DNA of 64,000 nt. Origin: Zootoca vivipara (taxonomy: Eukaryota). Location of the stretch: assembly GCF_963506605.1 (NCBI RefSeq), contig NC_083279.1, forward strand, positions 71,052,001 to 71,116,000. The letters run 5' to 3'. Shown piece by piece: positions 24,011-37,400 of this stretch. Under the pieces are notes generated by a model. The model was not told the origin of the DNA. It made no database searches and saw nothing but the letters and a program-made list of their open reading frames with translations. Position 1 is the first letter of the stretch; the number at the start of each line of letters is the position of its first letter. The translations under genes were made by a program, and so were the position numbers.

Positions 24011-24440
24011 GTTATATGTAGTAACTTGGCAAGGAAGGCATTTTACCGGTCAGCTTCAAGGTCGTTTAATGAGGGCTAGTGGCCTCTCGACCTTCCCTCA
24101 TGGCATCGGGGAGTAAAAAAGCACAATTACAGTATTACACTTGGGATGCTTATCTGCGCCTATGATCATGCTATAGTGACTCAAGATTATTTAACACCAG
24201 TTCATGAAAAAGTAATCTTGAGTGCATTTTGGACTTTCGAATTTAAATGGAATGATCTCAGATTGTGGATTACGTTTATTCTAGAACTACCGCTATTAAC
24301 TTTTGTGCGGTTTTATAAAAAAAAAACAACACGTATCTTGTAAACTGCCTTTAGAACCTATTCGGAGGCAGACATCCATAACGAATAGCGGTACGGACGG
24401 GTGGATGGAAGGAAGGATTTTGGTACTTCTGATTCATCTA

Positions 24441-25266
24441 CAGTGGTACATTGGTTCCCAAGCTTAATCCGTTCCTGAAGTCTGTTCTAAAACCAAAGCG
24501 TTCTAAAACCAAGGTGCACTTTCCCATAGAAAGTAATGCAAAATGGATTAAACTGTTACAGACTTTTAAAAACAATTCCTAAAACAGCCATTTAACATGA
24601 ATTTTACTATCTAACAAGATCATTTCTGGGTTAGGGTTAATTTTAGGATTTTAGGGTAAGGATTAGAATTAGGGTTAGAGTCAGTGTTTTATGTTTTCTT
24701 GTGATTTTGATTCATTTGTGATTGGTTTGCTTTCAATTTGTTGTGTTGCTGCTTTTTCAAGAGTTGCAAGTTTGTTGGCTTTGTGGTTTTCTGGATAGTT
24801 TCAGTTTTAATTTTGAATGGCAGCTGGGGAGCACGAAGCCTCCGCCCCGCCCCACTTGCACGGGAATAGGAGCTGAATTAGGGCTGCTCAACTGGAGAGT
24901 TGCAGGCTCCCTCACACTTTTCCATTGTGTAGCTGTATTCATCTCAACATAAGTTTAAAGGAGCATCGCGTGGCAATGTGGAGACAGCCCAACAGCTGCC
25001 TCAGTGGCAGTTTAGGGGCTCTCAGATGCAGCTGCCGAGCTGTCTCCACCTTTGCCACCCCAGCAACTATTCTGCCTGGCTGCCTTCAGGTGGTGCAGGG
25101 GCTCTGATGCTCCCCTCATGGGAGAAGTTTAAAGGAGCCCCCAGCCGCAAACAACTGTTCAGATTAAGAAAAAAGTTCGCAGACCGGAACACCTACTTCC
25201 TGGTTTGCAGCATTCAATTTCCAAGTTGTTCATGAACTAAGTTGTTCAAAACCCGAGGTACCACTG
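24441..25266. mobile_element. Non-autonomous Tigger/pogo-like DNA transposon (~826 bp) with internal TTAGGG-like tract
   Basis: TA flanks; TIR cagtggtacattgg / ccgaggtaccactg. Confidence 0.8.
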
Positions 25267-25418
25267 TACTTTGTACGTAATTGTTTCCTACCCAGCGAGA
25301 TTAACTTGCTGTCATTTCTCAGACCCAGGTTTGCCTTAATTTGCATTTGCCACACAAGTTTGCTGTCAACAAGCAGAATTCCTCATCTAGGAGGCCGATT
25401 ACTTTTATCTAATGTAGC

Positions 25419-25888
25419 CAGAGGTGTTCAACCATTTGGGGGTCCATGGCTCCCTTGACCAACTACATTCTGTGGCGCCCCTGTGGGGCTCAGAAGCCAT
25501 TATGTGACCCCTTGCCTGCCAAGCTGGCAGCCTCTCACCCTTTTTCAAACACCCTCCCTTGTGTTCTCTCAGCCTCCTCTCCCCTCTCCTTGGGCAGCTG
25601 CTGCCCCCAGTCTTTGAGCTGACCCCCTGACCCAAAGAGAGGTGCCTCTTCAGACTGCCCCACAGGGGCCTGGGAAGCAGCCCTCGGCCAGCCCCAGAGG
25701 CACCATTTGCCTGGGGAGCTTGTAGCCAGGGCTGCTGCAATGAACAGCTGTGCAAGCCTTTGGTAGGGAGAAATGCGAGAAGGCATCAGAGGGAGAGAAG
25801 GAAAGAGGGACAGAGGCTAGTGTTGCCTGCGGCAACCCATCATTTAAGGCACCCCAGGTTGCCACAGCACACTGGTTGAAAACCACTG
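25419..25888. mobile_element. hAT-like non-autonomous element
   Basis: TIR cagaggtgttcaacc / ggttgaaaaccactg; flanking duplication taatgtagc at 25410-25418 and 25889-25897. Confidence 0.8.
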
Positions 25889-28295
25889 TAATGTAGCTCC
25901 CAGTATATATATTTTCTTAAGCTACAGAGAAGTGTGTGTGATTTATTCTGTTAGCTAGCAAAATTTGGGAGCTGGATTTTCTCATGAAATTGTAAGAACT
26001 GTTATGAAGGTCATTTAATGTAATTATAACATTGCACTATTAATAACAAGTAAACTTTAAAGAATATCATAAAATAATTTTATTTGATTTAAAAAATAGG
26101 TTTGCCACTTGGCTAGAGTAGTGTTTTCCTATTCCAATACCATTACAACAATGCAAGAGAACCTGGAGCCATCTCCAAGCTTACATTCATCAGACTGGAG
26201 TAGTCCTGCATAACCAGTTATGCAAATTACTACAAGGCAACTCTTAGGCAAGGAAGACATCTTGGTCATCTACATTATATTAACAGGGTTTATCCAGAGA
26301 TGAGGTCTTCCTAGTTATTTCAGTTCCCCCCCAGGAGGAACACAGAAGGCTAATCTAGACATGAGTTGTGCGCTTTCCTTTAACATTCACAATTGCAGTG
26401 CAAGTAGCAGCTGAAGGGAAGCCTGGAGTTTAACTCTCTCCCTGTGTCACAACAAAAAGCAGCTCTCAGAAGATACTATTTGCATACCACAGAAGTTCCC
26501 CTTGACACCAAGGGAGGTTTCCCTTGAAATGCAAATAAAAGTAATTTTTATTAGGAACCCAGCAATAGGAGCAAGAGTTAAAAACTCCCTCTTCACAGAC
26601 CCCCAGTCCCAATATATAGAGAGAGTGTGTGTTAATTGAATTCACGAAATGAATGTCATATCTTGGCCCAGAGGCAATAAGTATTTGCTGCTTGAATAGG
26701 TCCATCTTCCTCTTTGGTTACCCAACACTTCTCTCCCAAGCTTCTTTCCATTTTCCTCATTTGGATTTTAATGTAGTAAAGAGAGCACTAGATGAACAAG
26801 TACTGGATACTTACAGTGAACAGGTCTCATACTTCACACACTGGTTTTCCCACTTGCAGAGCACTTCTGTCTTGAACATACAACCACCACACCCATATCT
26901 GCTTGATTTACATGAATTAGGAAACACAACTAGCAGTGGCCTCCCAAAGTCTGTATACACAGCTAAGGAAAATGTGCAGTCTTCAGGTGTAAAACCTACT
27001 TATGGCTTTAAGTTACATAGAAGTGGTTTTCATGTTAAAGTATGTACCACTGACAACAGCTTCATTATTTAGGCTGGTCTAACATCCTTAGCAGCTTGCC
27101 AGGAAACAACCCTGCAATCCTGAGGCAAATGCTCCTTGTTACTGATTCATTCAACCCTCTCATTTGCAATTATTTTGCTTGTCACAGGAAGTAACAGTGG
27201 ACATGGAAAGGAAGAGGAAATAGAACATGTAATTTAGCAGCATCCCTGTTCCCCATAGTGTTTACAAACACAAACCATGTAAACACTCTTGCAGTTTAAT
27301 CCCACTCCACATCCATCCTACAATGGATGAATAGACAGAATCTGATATTCTAAATTCTTGCGGATGAGATTTCATCCAGTGTTGTCAAACGCATTTGGTC
27401 ACCACTGGAAAACATATTAGCAATAGAGGAAAATGCTAATCAAGGTTTCAATTATGAGTTAAGCAAAATAACATTACTGTTGTGAGAGTTCATTCTCCCA
27501 GGTGTCATGAAAATCTGTGGAGTTGAAGAAAGCTTTCAGGGAATCGAAGGGTAACTGAGGTTTTAAGGATGCCAAACCAAGCCAAATTTTCATCACATGC
27601 TCTCTGTGCCCTATATTATTGATGAATGAAGATGTATAACTGACATGTGGTCAGCAGGATAATCCATCTATTTAACCTTGCTGAGCAAGGGTAATCAAAG
27701 GAAGCTGAGCCTTTAGAAATATCAAAAGGCAGACAATACATGACCTACTACATTGTGAAATGTGTTTGCACATGTATATGATAAGTCTATTCAATATTCA
27801 TGAGTTTGCTTCTACCAGCCTTGGTAGAGTTCTTCTGCTATGTCCAACTTGACTTAAGACTACTTTTGGTATACCTCACTGCCTTAATATTTCTTCTATA
27901 CCCGCAAAACCCAGCCTACCAAGACCCCTGTAACAGCATGAACTGGGCTAGTTTCAACAACACCTTCACTTCAGTGGCTGATTTATGGGCTTGCTGGTTT
28001 CAGGAAGCAATCAGTAAATCTCAAGGAGGCTTCTGACCATCTCTAGTTATGCAGTTTTGACCTAAAAGGCATTATCCAAGACCAATGTGTTGCATATAAA
28101 ATTCTTACTTACGTAAGATATAAGTAAATCTGTTCCTAATTTATGCTACTAATATAGTACAAACATGTATCAAGGACAATTTAGGTAACAGTCTTGAATT
28201 AACAGCATCTGGATACATTAATAAATAGGAACCAGCATATTTAAATAGATCCCCCTTCCCTAACACAGGGGCTTAACAAGTCCATATTCTTCATT

Positions 28296-28421
28296 TTAAG
28301 CACCATCTGTTGTTGCTTCATTTCTCCTCTCCTTCGTCCAGGATTTCTTGATAATACTGCATGTCCCACTGATCAAGAACACTACTGCTATGGCAGCAAA
28401 GTAGCCAGCATAGATCATGAA
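28296..28421 (-). CDS. SLC19A2: SLC19A2 exon 6 coding
   Basis: tgcag|[19 protein letters not shown]...TTDGA*; candidate minus-strand AATAAA at 26079-26084 (~2.2 kb 3'UTR). Confidence 0.95.
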   Translation of the reverse strand, partial: FMIYAGYFAAIAVVFLISGTCSIIKKSWTKERRNEATTDGA

Positions 28422-31400
28422 CTGCAGGGAACAAAAAGAGAAGGGAGTGGTGAACTGAGAAGCAAAGTTCATTAACCTAAACCAGGGCCAGTCCTACCGT
28501 TAGGAAGGGTAAGACGGCTGGTAAGGTAATGTTGCACATCATAGGGCAGTAAACAGCCAAAAAATAGTGCTATCTTTAGCACAATGGGAGGTTGGCAGTC
28601 ACTATTTGGATTTTATGTCTCAGGCACTAAGATGACAGGCTGTCATTTTATTATAATGAGTAAGAATCACATTTTGTGCTCCATTTTACACTCACCACCC
28701 ATTTTTGCCAATGCATTTATTAGGTGTATCTAAATAGGAAGCAGTCTTCAAGCCAAGCCTGAGAGAAGCTTCCATTTCAAGTAAAACATGTGCAATGGTT
28801 TTATCTCCTGGCAACTCATTAAGACAGATAAGCATGTATTAGAACATGTATTAGAAAATGGGGTGTATGAAGGAAACCTCCTCCCCTCAGCAAGCATAGG
28901 ACAAGGCACTACCCACCCCCCAATGAAAAATTGTTGCAACCAGAATGACCTCTCACACCCTGAAGCAGACAAAAGGATTTTACTAGGAAGGCTGTATACC
29001 CTTTCCCCACCCCACACCCAGCCAAAATAGGCCTTACCTGCGTGAATATGTCCAGGCCAAGCCCTTTTGCATCAACAACAATCACTGTGAGCAGAGTCTG
29101 CAATGCCAGGGCAATGAATGTATTGATGCCAAAAACAAGAGCATAGCGCTCTACACTTAGATTTGTTGCAATCTGGAAACTTCACAGAAAAAGAAGAAGA
29201 AATAGAGCATGAGTACTGAAAACAAAAGCCTCTTTTCAGGCAAACAGAAGAGATCCACACAAGTTAATAATCAAAAGAGTTGGGATCATACAGGATCAGG
29301 GCAGCCAGTGTACTGCCCTCCAGACATTGGATCCCAGCCAGCTACTTTTACCATCCAAATGGTAAGGAAGTAGGCAAACTCAAGCTGTTCAGCTATCTGA
29401 ATCAGCTGTTCATGTACCAAGGTTTGGGTATAATTCTTTTGTGTTCAGATAACTGAGATTTCAGATATCTTGCATGTACAATTCTACTAACTGCAGGATG
29501 CATTCCAGCCACACAAAAGTCAAGAAGTTCTCACACATCTCTCCATTGTCCTTCCAGGTAAGCACGAGGCAATACTACAATCCAAGGACACTAAAGTCAG
29601 GTAAAATTACTTAAGGAAAGTGTGGCCTTTGAGAATGGGCCTGGCCTGGGGAGAGTCCCAAGAGTCAAACAGAGAGAACAGGAAAATCCCATTTGGTCCT
29701 TGAGCCTAAGGTTCCCCACCCCTGCTCTACATGATTGGTGGCAGCTCCAGATTTAATAACACAATGAAGTGCCACCATCATGTGTAATTTGGCCCTTAAA
29801 TATTTGCATATGCAGTGATCTTATTGCTTCAACCCACAAACCAAAATACACACACACACATTGATGTCATTTCCCAGCTGAGTATATCAAAGGGAAAATC
29901 AAAGCAGTTGAGCTGGTTGTACTATCCCAGCTTGTTCAATGGAGGAAATGGAGGTGGCGTGCCCATTTGTAAAATGGGAACAGTGACCTAATTCAGTGCG
30001 GAGGAGGATAGACAAGGTGCTGAAATATTAACTGCCAGGAGCTCTGGTGATAAAATGACTGATAAGTTGCATAGGATTTGTAAACAGTGGGCAGAAGGGA
30101 GGAGCCAAGATGCACAATGGAGAGGTGACTAGTTAATCCTGACTACAGCTGAGAAGACTCAATGGGTGGGAAATCAGTCAGTCATTTTTGCCAGCTATGA
30201 ATCGCTGCTTCCCAGTGCGACTGGTGTAGAGGAACAAGCAAAACTAGGGTTGAAGCTGCAAAGCATCAGATCAGCCCAATCTGATGCACATTTTATGAAG
30301 TAACTCCTATCATTCAATGGGGCTTACTTTTCTGAAAACACACATAGGATTAACTTCTACCAAAAATCAGGGTGTTTTTCTTATCTGCATTTGCTCACTG
30401 GCACAGTTTTTCAGGGCAAGTTGTACGACAGCCTTCTCTGAAGGCTTTGGGAGAAATGGGTGGTCATCCAGATGTGGTTTTAAGCTGTTGGGCGCAATAA
30501 CTCCCACCCAACTCCAGTTTTGTAAGCAAAAAGCACTGTTCCAAAACAATAATTATCAGTTGGGAAGGACTGTAGCTCAATGGTAGAACACATGCTTCCC
30601 ATGCAGAGATCCCAGCTTCAATCCCTCCTGGAAGGGCTGGGAAAGTTCTGTCTGAAACCCTGCAGAGCTGGTGCCAGTATCACTACTGGGGAGTCGGTGG
30701 CCCTTCAGAAGTTGCTGGTTTTACAACTCTCATAATCCCAGACCATTGGCCATGCTGGTTGGAACTGACTGGAATTGGAATCCAGCAAGAACTTGTGTTG
30801 AATATAGCTGGGCCCAGCTCAGTATAAGACAGTTTTCTTTGTTCCCACATGTGAACACATGGGAGTCTCTCGATAATGCAGTTTCCCTCCCACGACAATT
30901 AAAAGATTAAAGCTATTGATACCTATGTCCTTGCTATTCTTACTTGTGTACTGTCTATAACTACTGCCCATTGCTCAGTATTCAGCTACTGTACTTGCAG
31001 TAACTAGGACAATCTGTCTTAGTTTGTGTGCTTTCCTGAACTATTGCATTACACTGCAAAATGAATTATGCAAACCCAAAACATAGCTGATGCATGCGAA
31101 TGCACTGCTTACAAAGCACTTATTGCTCTTCCTAACTTTCACCTTTACTCAAACAAATCAGCCTGGAAGAAACCCAACATATGAGGATATCATAATATGG
31201 AGAATCTATTTTTAATTCTGACATTTCTGGTTGCCAGTGTCTTACTGGCTGCATGCCCAAAGTCGCAGTCATTTGGCATGACAGCAATTAGATGTGCATT
31301 GCCAAAAAAATAAAAAGACAAATGGTTGCATAAGACAGACTGGAAACCCCAGACCTAGTTTCAAAGTGACACCAGGTACGCAAACCCGACTTTACATTGA

Positions 31401-34400
31401 AAACTGAACCCTCATCTGCTACATGCAACATTAGTAACTCAATTTAAAACAAAATGTCAGGCACTTTTTCTTATATAACCATAGAATCAAAAGAGTTCAA
31501 AGGGACCCCCGAGCACCATCTAATCCAACCCCCTGCAATGCAGGAATCTTTTGCCCAGCATGGGGCTCGAACCCATGATCCTGAGATTAAGAGTCTCATA
31601 TTCCACCGACAAGACTCATGTTTACAATGTAAACAGCACAGATTGAATAAATGTACCCGCTGTTCTTTGCTTATATTACAATTTTCTGATTACAGTCTGG
31701 ATTGACTTGTGCTACAGCAGACATAACTGAACAAGCAAGCCACGGCATTCTAAAATTCAAGAATCTAGATGCATGTTGATTGTCTTTGCTTGTTTGACAT
31801 TCTTAAATGCAGAACATCAATTCAATGCTTACAATGCAATACAGCTTTGTGCTGAGTTTACTGAAACATGGATTATTAATTATAAACTGTCAGTTTGCAA
31901 AGATCTACTTACGTTGCAATTGTGATGAGCAGCATATAAAGAATTCGGAATACTACATACGAAGCATAACAGACCCAGATGTTATGAACACTGTCCATGA
32001 TATATACGGCAGCAGCAATGCACAGGGAAAACATGGCTAAGGCTATCTCGCCCCAGGTAGCCCAAGATATTTTTATGTGGCCCACAACAAACACAGCCAC
32101 AGCTCCTGTAAGTGCAAAAAACAAATTAATTTAGGGCAGGGTTGCCTAATCTGTGGCCCACACCCACCACTCACCCCCCCCCATTTTTTGTGGTCACCCA
32201 AAAGACAGACCTCTGAAATATGTCATTTTACATATATATAATAATAAATTGGGGGGGGGAAGAGACACCCCTGCCAAACACACACATGCCTCAAATTATC
32301 TTCTAAACAGAAGTAAAATTGGCCACACCCACTTTGATATGTGACTCCCTGGGCACTGTTCACAGGTCATTGTGGCCCTCAGCCCTAAAAAGTTTAACCA
32401 TCCCCATTTCAGGGCTTCTACACTTATATGGAGCAAGCAGGCTTGAGAATTTTGAGGGCGGAGAGAAAACAGGTGGGAGGTTAATGTAGAAATGTTGCCC
32501 AGTACTAGCAGTTACAATCATTACTCAATTGTGGTTGTGCACAAAAGCCTGTGTAAGCATCGGGCTATTGCTCCAACTGCTGTTGCATTGGTCATATTCA
32601 TGTACCAAACCTGGGCATACTTTGCTTGGGTAAAGCTCCTCAGGAGGTTGCTATAAACACTATCATCTCCAGACAGAATTTCAAAACACTAAAATTGCTA
32701 GCAGAATCAAGTGAGTCATCACATGCACACATCATATGAAACTCACTCAACTGTAATTTAAGGGAGTGCCGTTTACGGGAAAGGGTCTCTTGCTTGAAAT
32801 AGGAAAGCATCAGTTTCGGCAGCTGCACAACGCACCTACCCTGTAGGTAAGGTATGTTTAGTCCTTTGGATCCAGTGCTTAACGTAGTCCCATAGCATGT
32901 ATCTTACCTCTTTTAAAAAAATAGTTACAGAGGGAACTTACCCAACAGTGTGGAAACAGCCTCCACACCACCGTTATAGATCTTAGAGGTCTGAGAAGGC
33001 AGCACTTTTTCCCATAGACCTTGAGCATAGTTTATGACTTGGAAGTAACCACATGTTGAGAGCGCCCACCAAACAGACCAACACAGCAGAGGCCGGGATG
33101 AGTAGCACCGAAGGAAGTCCTGCCAGAGCTCTTTGATTACTTTCACAATGTCCACTTTCTGCTCCTGCATAGATGTAAAACACACACAAAATTCAGCTAA
33201 TCTTTCTGTCTGTTACTTGCATGTACAGCAGCACAATAGGAAGAATACAGATCTAAATAGGGCTAAAAATAAAATAAAACTGTCTCCTATTCAAGAAGAA
33301 GCACCACCAGAAAGCAGTGCCCCGGCTATCTTTCCAATAAAAAGATGAACCCATGACACTGAAACTGAAGACCACTAGTTCAGATACATTCATGGGGTTG
33401 GATTAGATGACCCTAGGGATCCCTTCCAACTCTATAATTCTATGATTCTATGGTCCTTTTCTCATCCTGGATTGGGCCCTGCCTGATTATACATGCCACC
33501 ACAATTCTTTTTGATCTCTGAATAATTGTGTTCAAAAATAGCCACTTTGTGCTAGGAAAACTGCATGATGGAATCTGGGTAGAGGGGTGAAAAGGTTGTG
33601 TGGTGCACAGAGACATCATATGAACTGGCCACCCAAAATCTTCAACTGTTATTACGTTGCTACATATACCGTAGTATTAAACAAATATAATATTCCTGTT
33701 TAGAAAACAGTCCACTCCATGTATGGACAAAACAATGGGACAGCAGGATAGTGGTTTGGGGTGGAGAATTAGTCAAAGAAATATGCAATTCTGGGGTGAA
33801 GATGGATAGAGCCAGTTCCTGCTAGCCATACCCCATATTCTCAACATTCAACAAGTAGTAGAAAGTAGGTCATTTAAATAATGGGACAGCAATGGTTGGA
33901 CACATGGAGAATTCTACAAAAACCACTTGGCAAACCCTATGCCCAGAACTTCCAAGGCCCAGGGCTTGCAAAGCTTGCTCAGCCCTGCGCACCGCGACTC
34001 CCAAACACCCTACAATCGGCTGTAACACATGGACTCCTTGCCTATACTCTGTGCAGGAAAACATTTACACTATGGCTGAGGTCAAACAGCCAAAGGTTCA
34101 TAGTTTGCCAGTTGTTTTTAACAAGGGAGATGGACATTTATATGCTTGATCCCAACTGCCCATGACCAAGTTGCTGTAGTAGATGACGCATTTGCACTCT
34201 GCCTTAGTTCCTTTCCAATAAATAAAAACAGCCACAGTCCCCACGGGATTGCTATGACTACGATCAAGATAAGAATTATAATACTCTTTGTATATTCAGC
34301 TATGGGGAATTATTACAGCTGAACTAAAAGGTGCAGGATGCTAAACTTTCACCACCAGCAAAACCTGCACAGACACCCTTCAAGCAATTTAGGGGGAAGG

Positions 34401-37400
34401 TACAAGCAGCCAGCCAGCCCATGAGGTGGGGGCGAGGAAGCTGGCCCCAAGGGGCAACACACCCTTTCCACTACCCAGCTTTGCCACTGGTCTCCCCAGC
34501 CTCTAGGGGCAGAGAGGGACCGGCAGCAAAGTTCTGCGAAATGCCTCCCTTGCTGCTGAGTTGGTGAGAGAGGAGGTGTTCCACCACCCAGCTTGGCTGC
34601 CATGTGTGGAAGGGAGATCCCCCCTCCACACATATGTACACAAACACCATCCAGGAGATGTGGTAGGGCTTTGCACCAGTTTCTTTTGAATGGAGAAGTC
34701 AATGCAAAGCTGCATCACATGACAGGAGGGGGAGGATCCAGAAAGGATTCATTCACACACACACACACACACACACAGTGGGAGACGCCACAAGAGCTTC
34801 TCGAGTAGCCCTCATGGAGTTTGCCCCCTCCATTGCAGGCGGCAGCAGAATATTTCCCCTTGTGCATACCGAGCAAGGACAATGGTAGCCTAGAAAGCAC
34901 TACTCCTTGTTGTCAATGGGCTGTGCTAGTTAATATCCCTGATTAACTAAAATCAGTGGGTCATTTTCAACCAAGTTTTACTCACGAGTACACCTATTTA
35001 TATTCACTGACCTAACTTAGTCATGTTCATTGCTCTGAGTAAAACTTAGTTTAGTATCACCCAGTATATTCCCAGAACAATTTTTTAAAGCATTGAAGAA
35101 GCTTTTCAGAGACTAAACAGGCAACGAACAAGATGAGCAACTTTCCCTCCCACAATTGAAACAAGCAAGCACTCCGCTCAGCCCTAATATTTAAAACCAC
35201 ATATTTTTCAAGGCACATCCAACTGAGGTAGGGCTGTAAACTAATCAGAATCAGCTGCCATAATTACTCAATGGAGATGTTGAAATACTTGTCAAAAGGT
35301 GCCGAAAATACACTGGCAATGGATATTCCACATCATCTTAAATAAGAGATTGTAGAGAAGACTCAGAACCCGCCATCTTTAGTCAATATCCGACACTTGG
35401 AAAGCTAGTAGTCCAATCCCTTAGGGAACCTGTAACCCACCGGATGTTATCGGACTATAACTCCCATCATCTCTGCCCAGTGGCCATCCAACAACTGCAG
35501 TGATACAGGTTAGGCCACATCTGGTTTAAAGCCACAAATAATGCCTAACCACATCTGCTTATTACTGAAGAAACAAGCTAGGGCACATCCAATGGTACAA
35601 GGGAATTATGTCTCTCATGATGGGAGCCAAGCAAACTTAGCTCTCTTAAAATCAATGGAGAGAATGGCTGTACACTGCTGCTAGTTACTCTAGCTAACTT
35701 TTTTCCCACAGGGACAAAGCAATGTTTATTAACATTCTATGGATTCTGAAATGTGTTTGTGGGAGGGGGTTATTGCCTTGTTTTTTATTTTGTTATGTAT
35801 CATTTTGTATTTTTATGTTGTGAACTGCCGTGATCATCGGTTGAAGGGTGGTTTACAAATTTAATAATATTTCTTCCAGCTTTACTGATGAAATGGCTAG
35901 CAAAGTAATGTCCCAAAGCAGTATGAGTACACAGTAAGACCCACAGCAAGAGTTGCAAGTGGTACACTACTGCTGTAGTCATTTATCCTGTATGGGGTCT
36001 GAGTGAATGTAACTTTTCAAGGTGAACAAAATGTGATTTGTGAACAAAAGAGAAAGGATAACTTTCCCAACAGTAAAACTCATGGGCAGCTTGGAGCAAA
36101 TTTACCAGAAAAGGGGGAAAATTCCAATACTGCCCCACACCTAAATTCAGCTCCTGTGTTTTACTGAAGTTTTAGAACTTGCATTTTTAAGAGCAGTCAA
36201 GCTGTTTTTAGAGAGTGAAAAGCCTATTAATGGCAGCCGAGTTTGTGATTCCTTAAGTGGGACACAAAACATATGCTGGAGCAAGTGTACAAATTCTGCA
36301 AAACCTGGCCAACATCAACACCTAGTCACCAACCTGACGCCCTCCAAATGCTCCAAAATCATGCTGTGCTGACCAGAACTGATGGGAATAGATGTCCAAG
36401 GCATCCAGAGGGCACCAGGGCCTCGTCTATAGGGTGCAGAAAAGAATAAAAACCTCAAATCCTACTTCCCTTTCTCTCAATGTCTGTGACTATTCTGGAG
36501 TCCTGCACGTGAATGAATGGTCTGGGAAAGAGGCAGGTAGAAGAGCTGTATTTGGTTCTGCCTTTTTGACCACAAGTTTGGAGCCAGCATGAGGCAGAAC
36601 ACTTCAGGTGGCTCTACCCGAGGGCGGCACAGTGGTGCCAAAGAAGACATACTGCCTCCAGTTTCCATCAGCTAAGGAAACACAAGTTCCCTCCTCAGCA
36701 CAGGATAAAGAGGAACAACTATAGAGCTCTATACACAAAGATGGGGGGGGATGCAGACTGATGCAAGATCTTCATGTGTATTCTCTCCTCTCCCACAAAG
36801 CCTGCTGCCTGGAATTTATAATCTGTAGGGTTCCACCAGGATGTTTAAGATTATATGTGCTTAGGCCAAGACCAAGCTGTATTTGCAGTTTGCTTGTGTA
36901 CACAGTCCGCAGATAAGGGGCTTTTTTGCCATTCCCTGTAACTAAAGAATCTCTTTTTACAATGGACTTTTTCTCCATTCAGAACTCTCACCTCAACATC
37001 AGTGCACTGAGTAGGCTGGTGACACAGCACTGACAATACATTCAACTTTCAATGTATAGAATACAAGAACACAATATGAAAACACCTGAGTTGAAAAATG
37101 TCAGTAGAAGGCAGGGGTGGGGGAGAAATGAATGAGAGAATAGGAGAGGAGGAGGAGGAACAGTATTAGCCTATACCAGGATACACTGTTGTGCTAATTT
37201 ACATAGAACTGAAGAAAGTGCTGCCATCTATCCATACAGGTTCTCCCCGCTTCATGCTAATCCTCTGCTAGGGAAGCAGAGCTTGACTGGGAAACTTTAA
37301 TTCCATGGAATGCTAAGAGCTTTAATTACCAATTGTAGCCTAGCAAACAAAACAAGAACAAGAACACAGAACCCTTTCTGGCCAAGGGACAGGATTTTTA

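Noticed and set aside
23070-24116. Several long overlapping ORFs (up to 256 aa) on both strands
   Set aside because: GC-rich CpG island depleted of stop codons; low-complexity P/R/G/A translations with no recognisable domain.
33870-34900. Cluster of short ORFs in SLC19A2 intron 2
   Set aside because: No recognisable protein, splice pattern or codon signal; consistent with chance.
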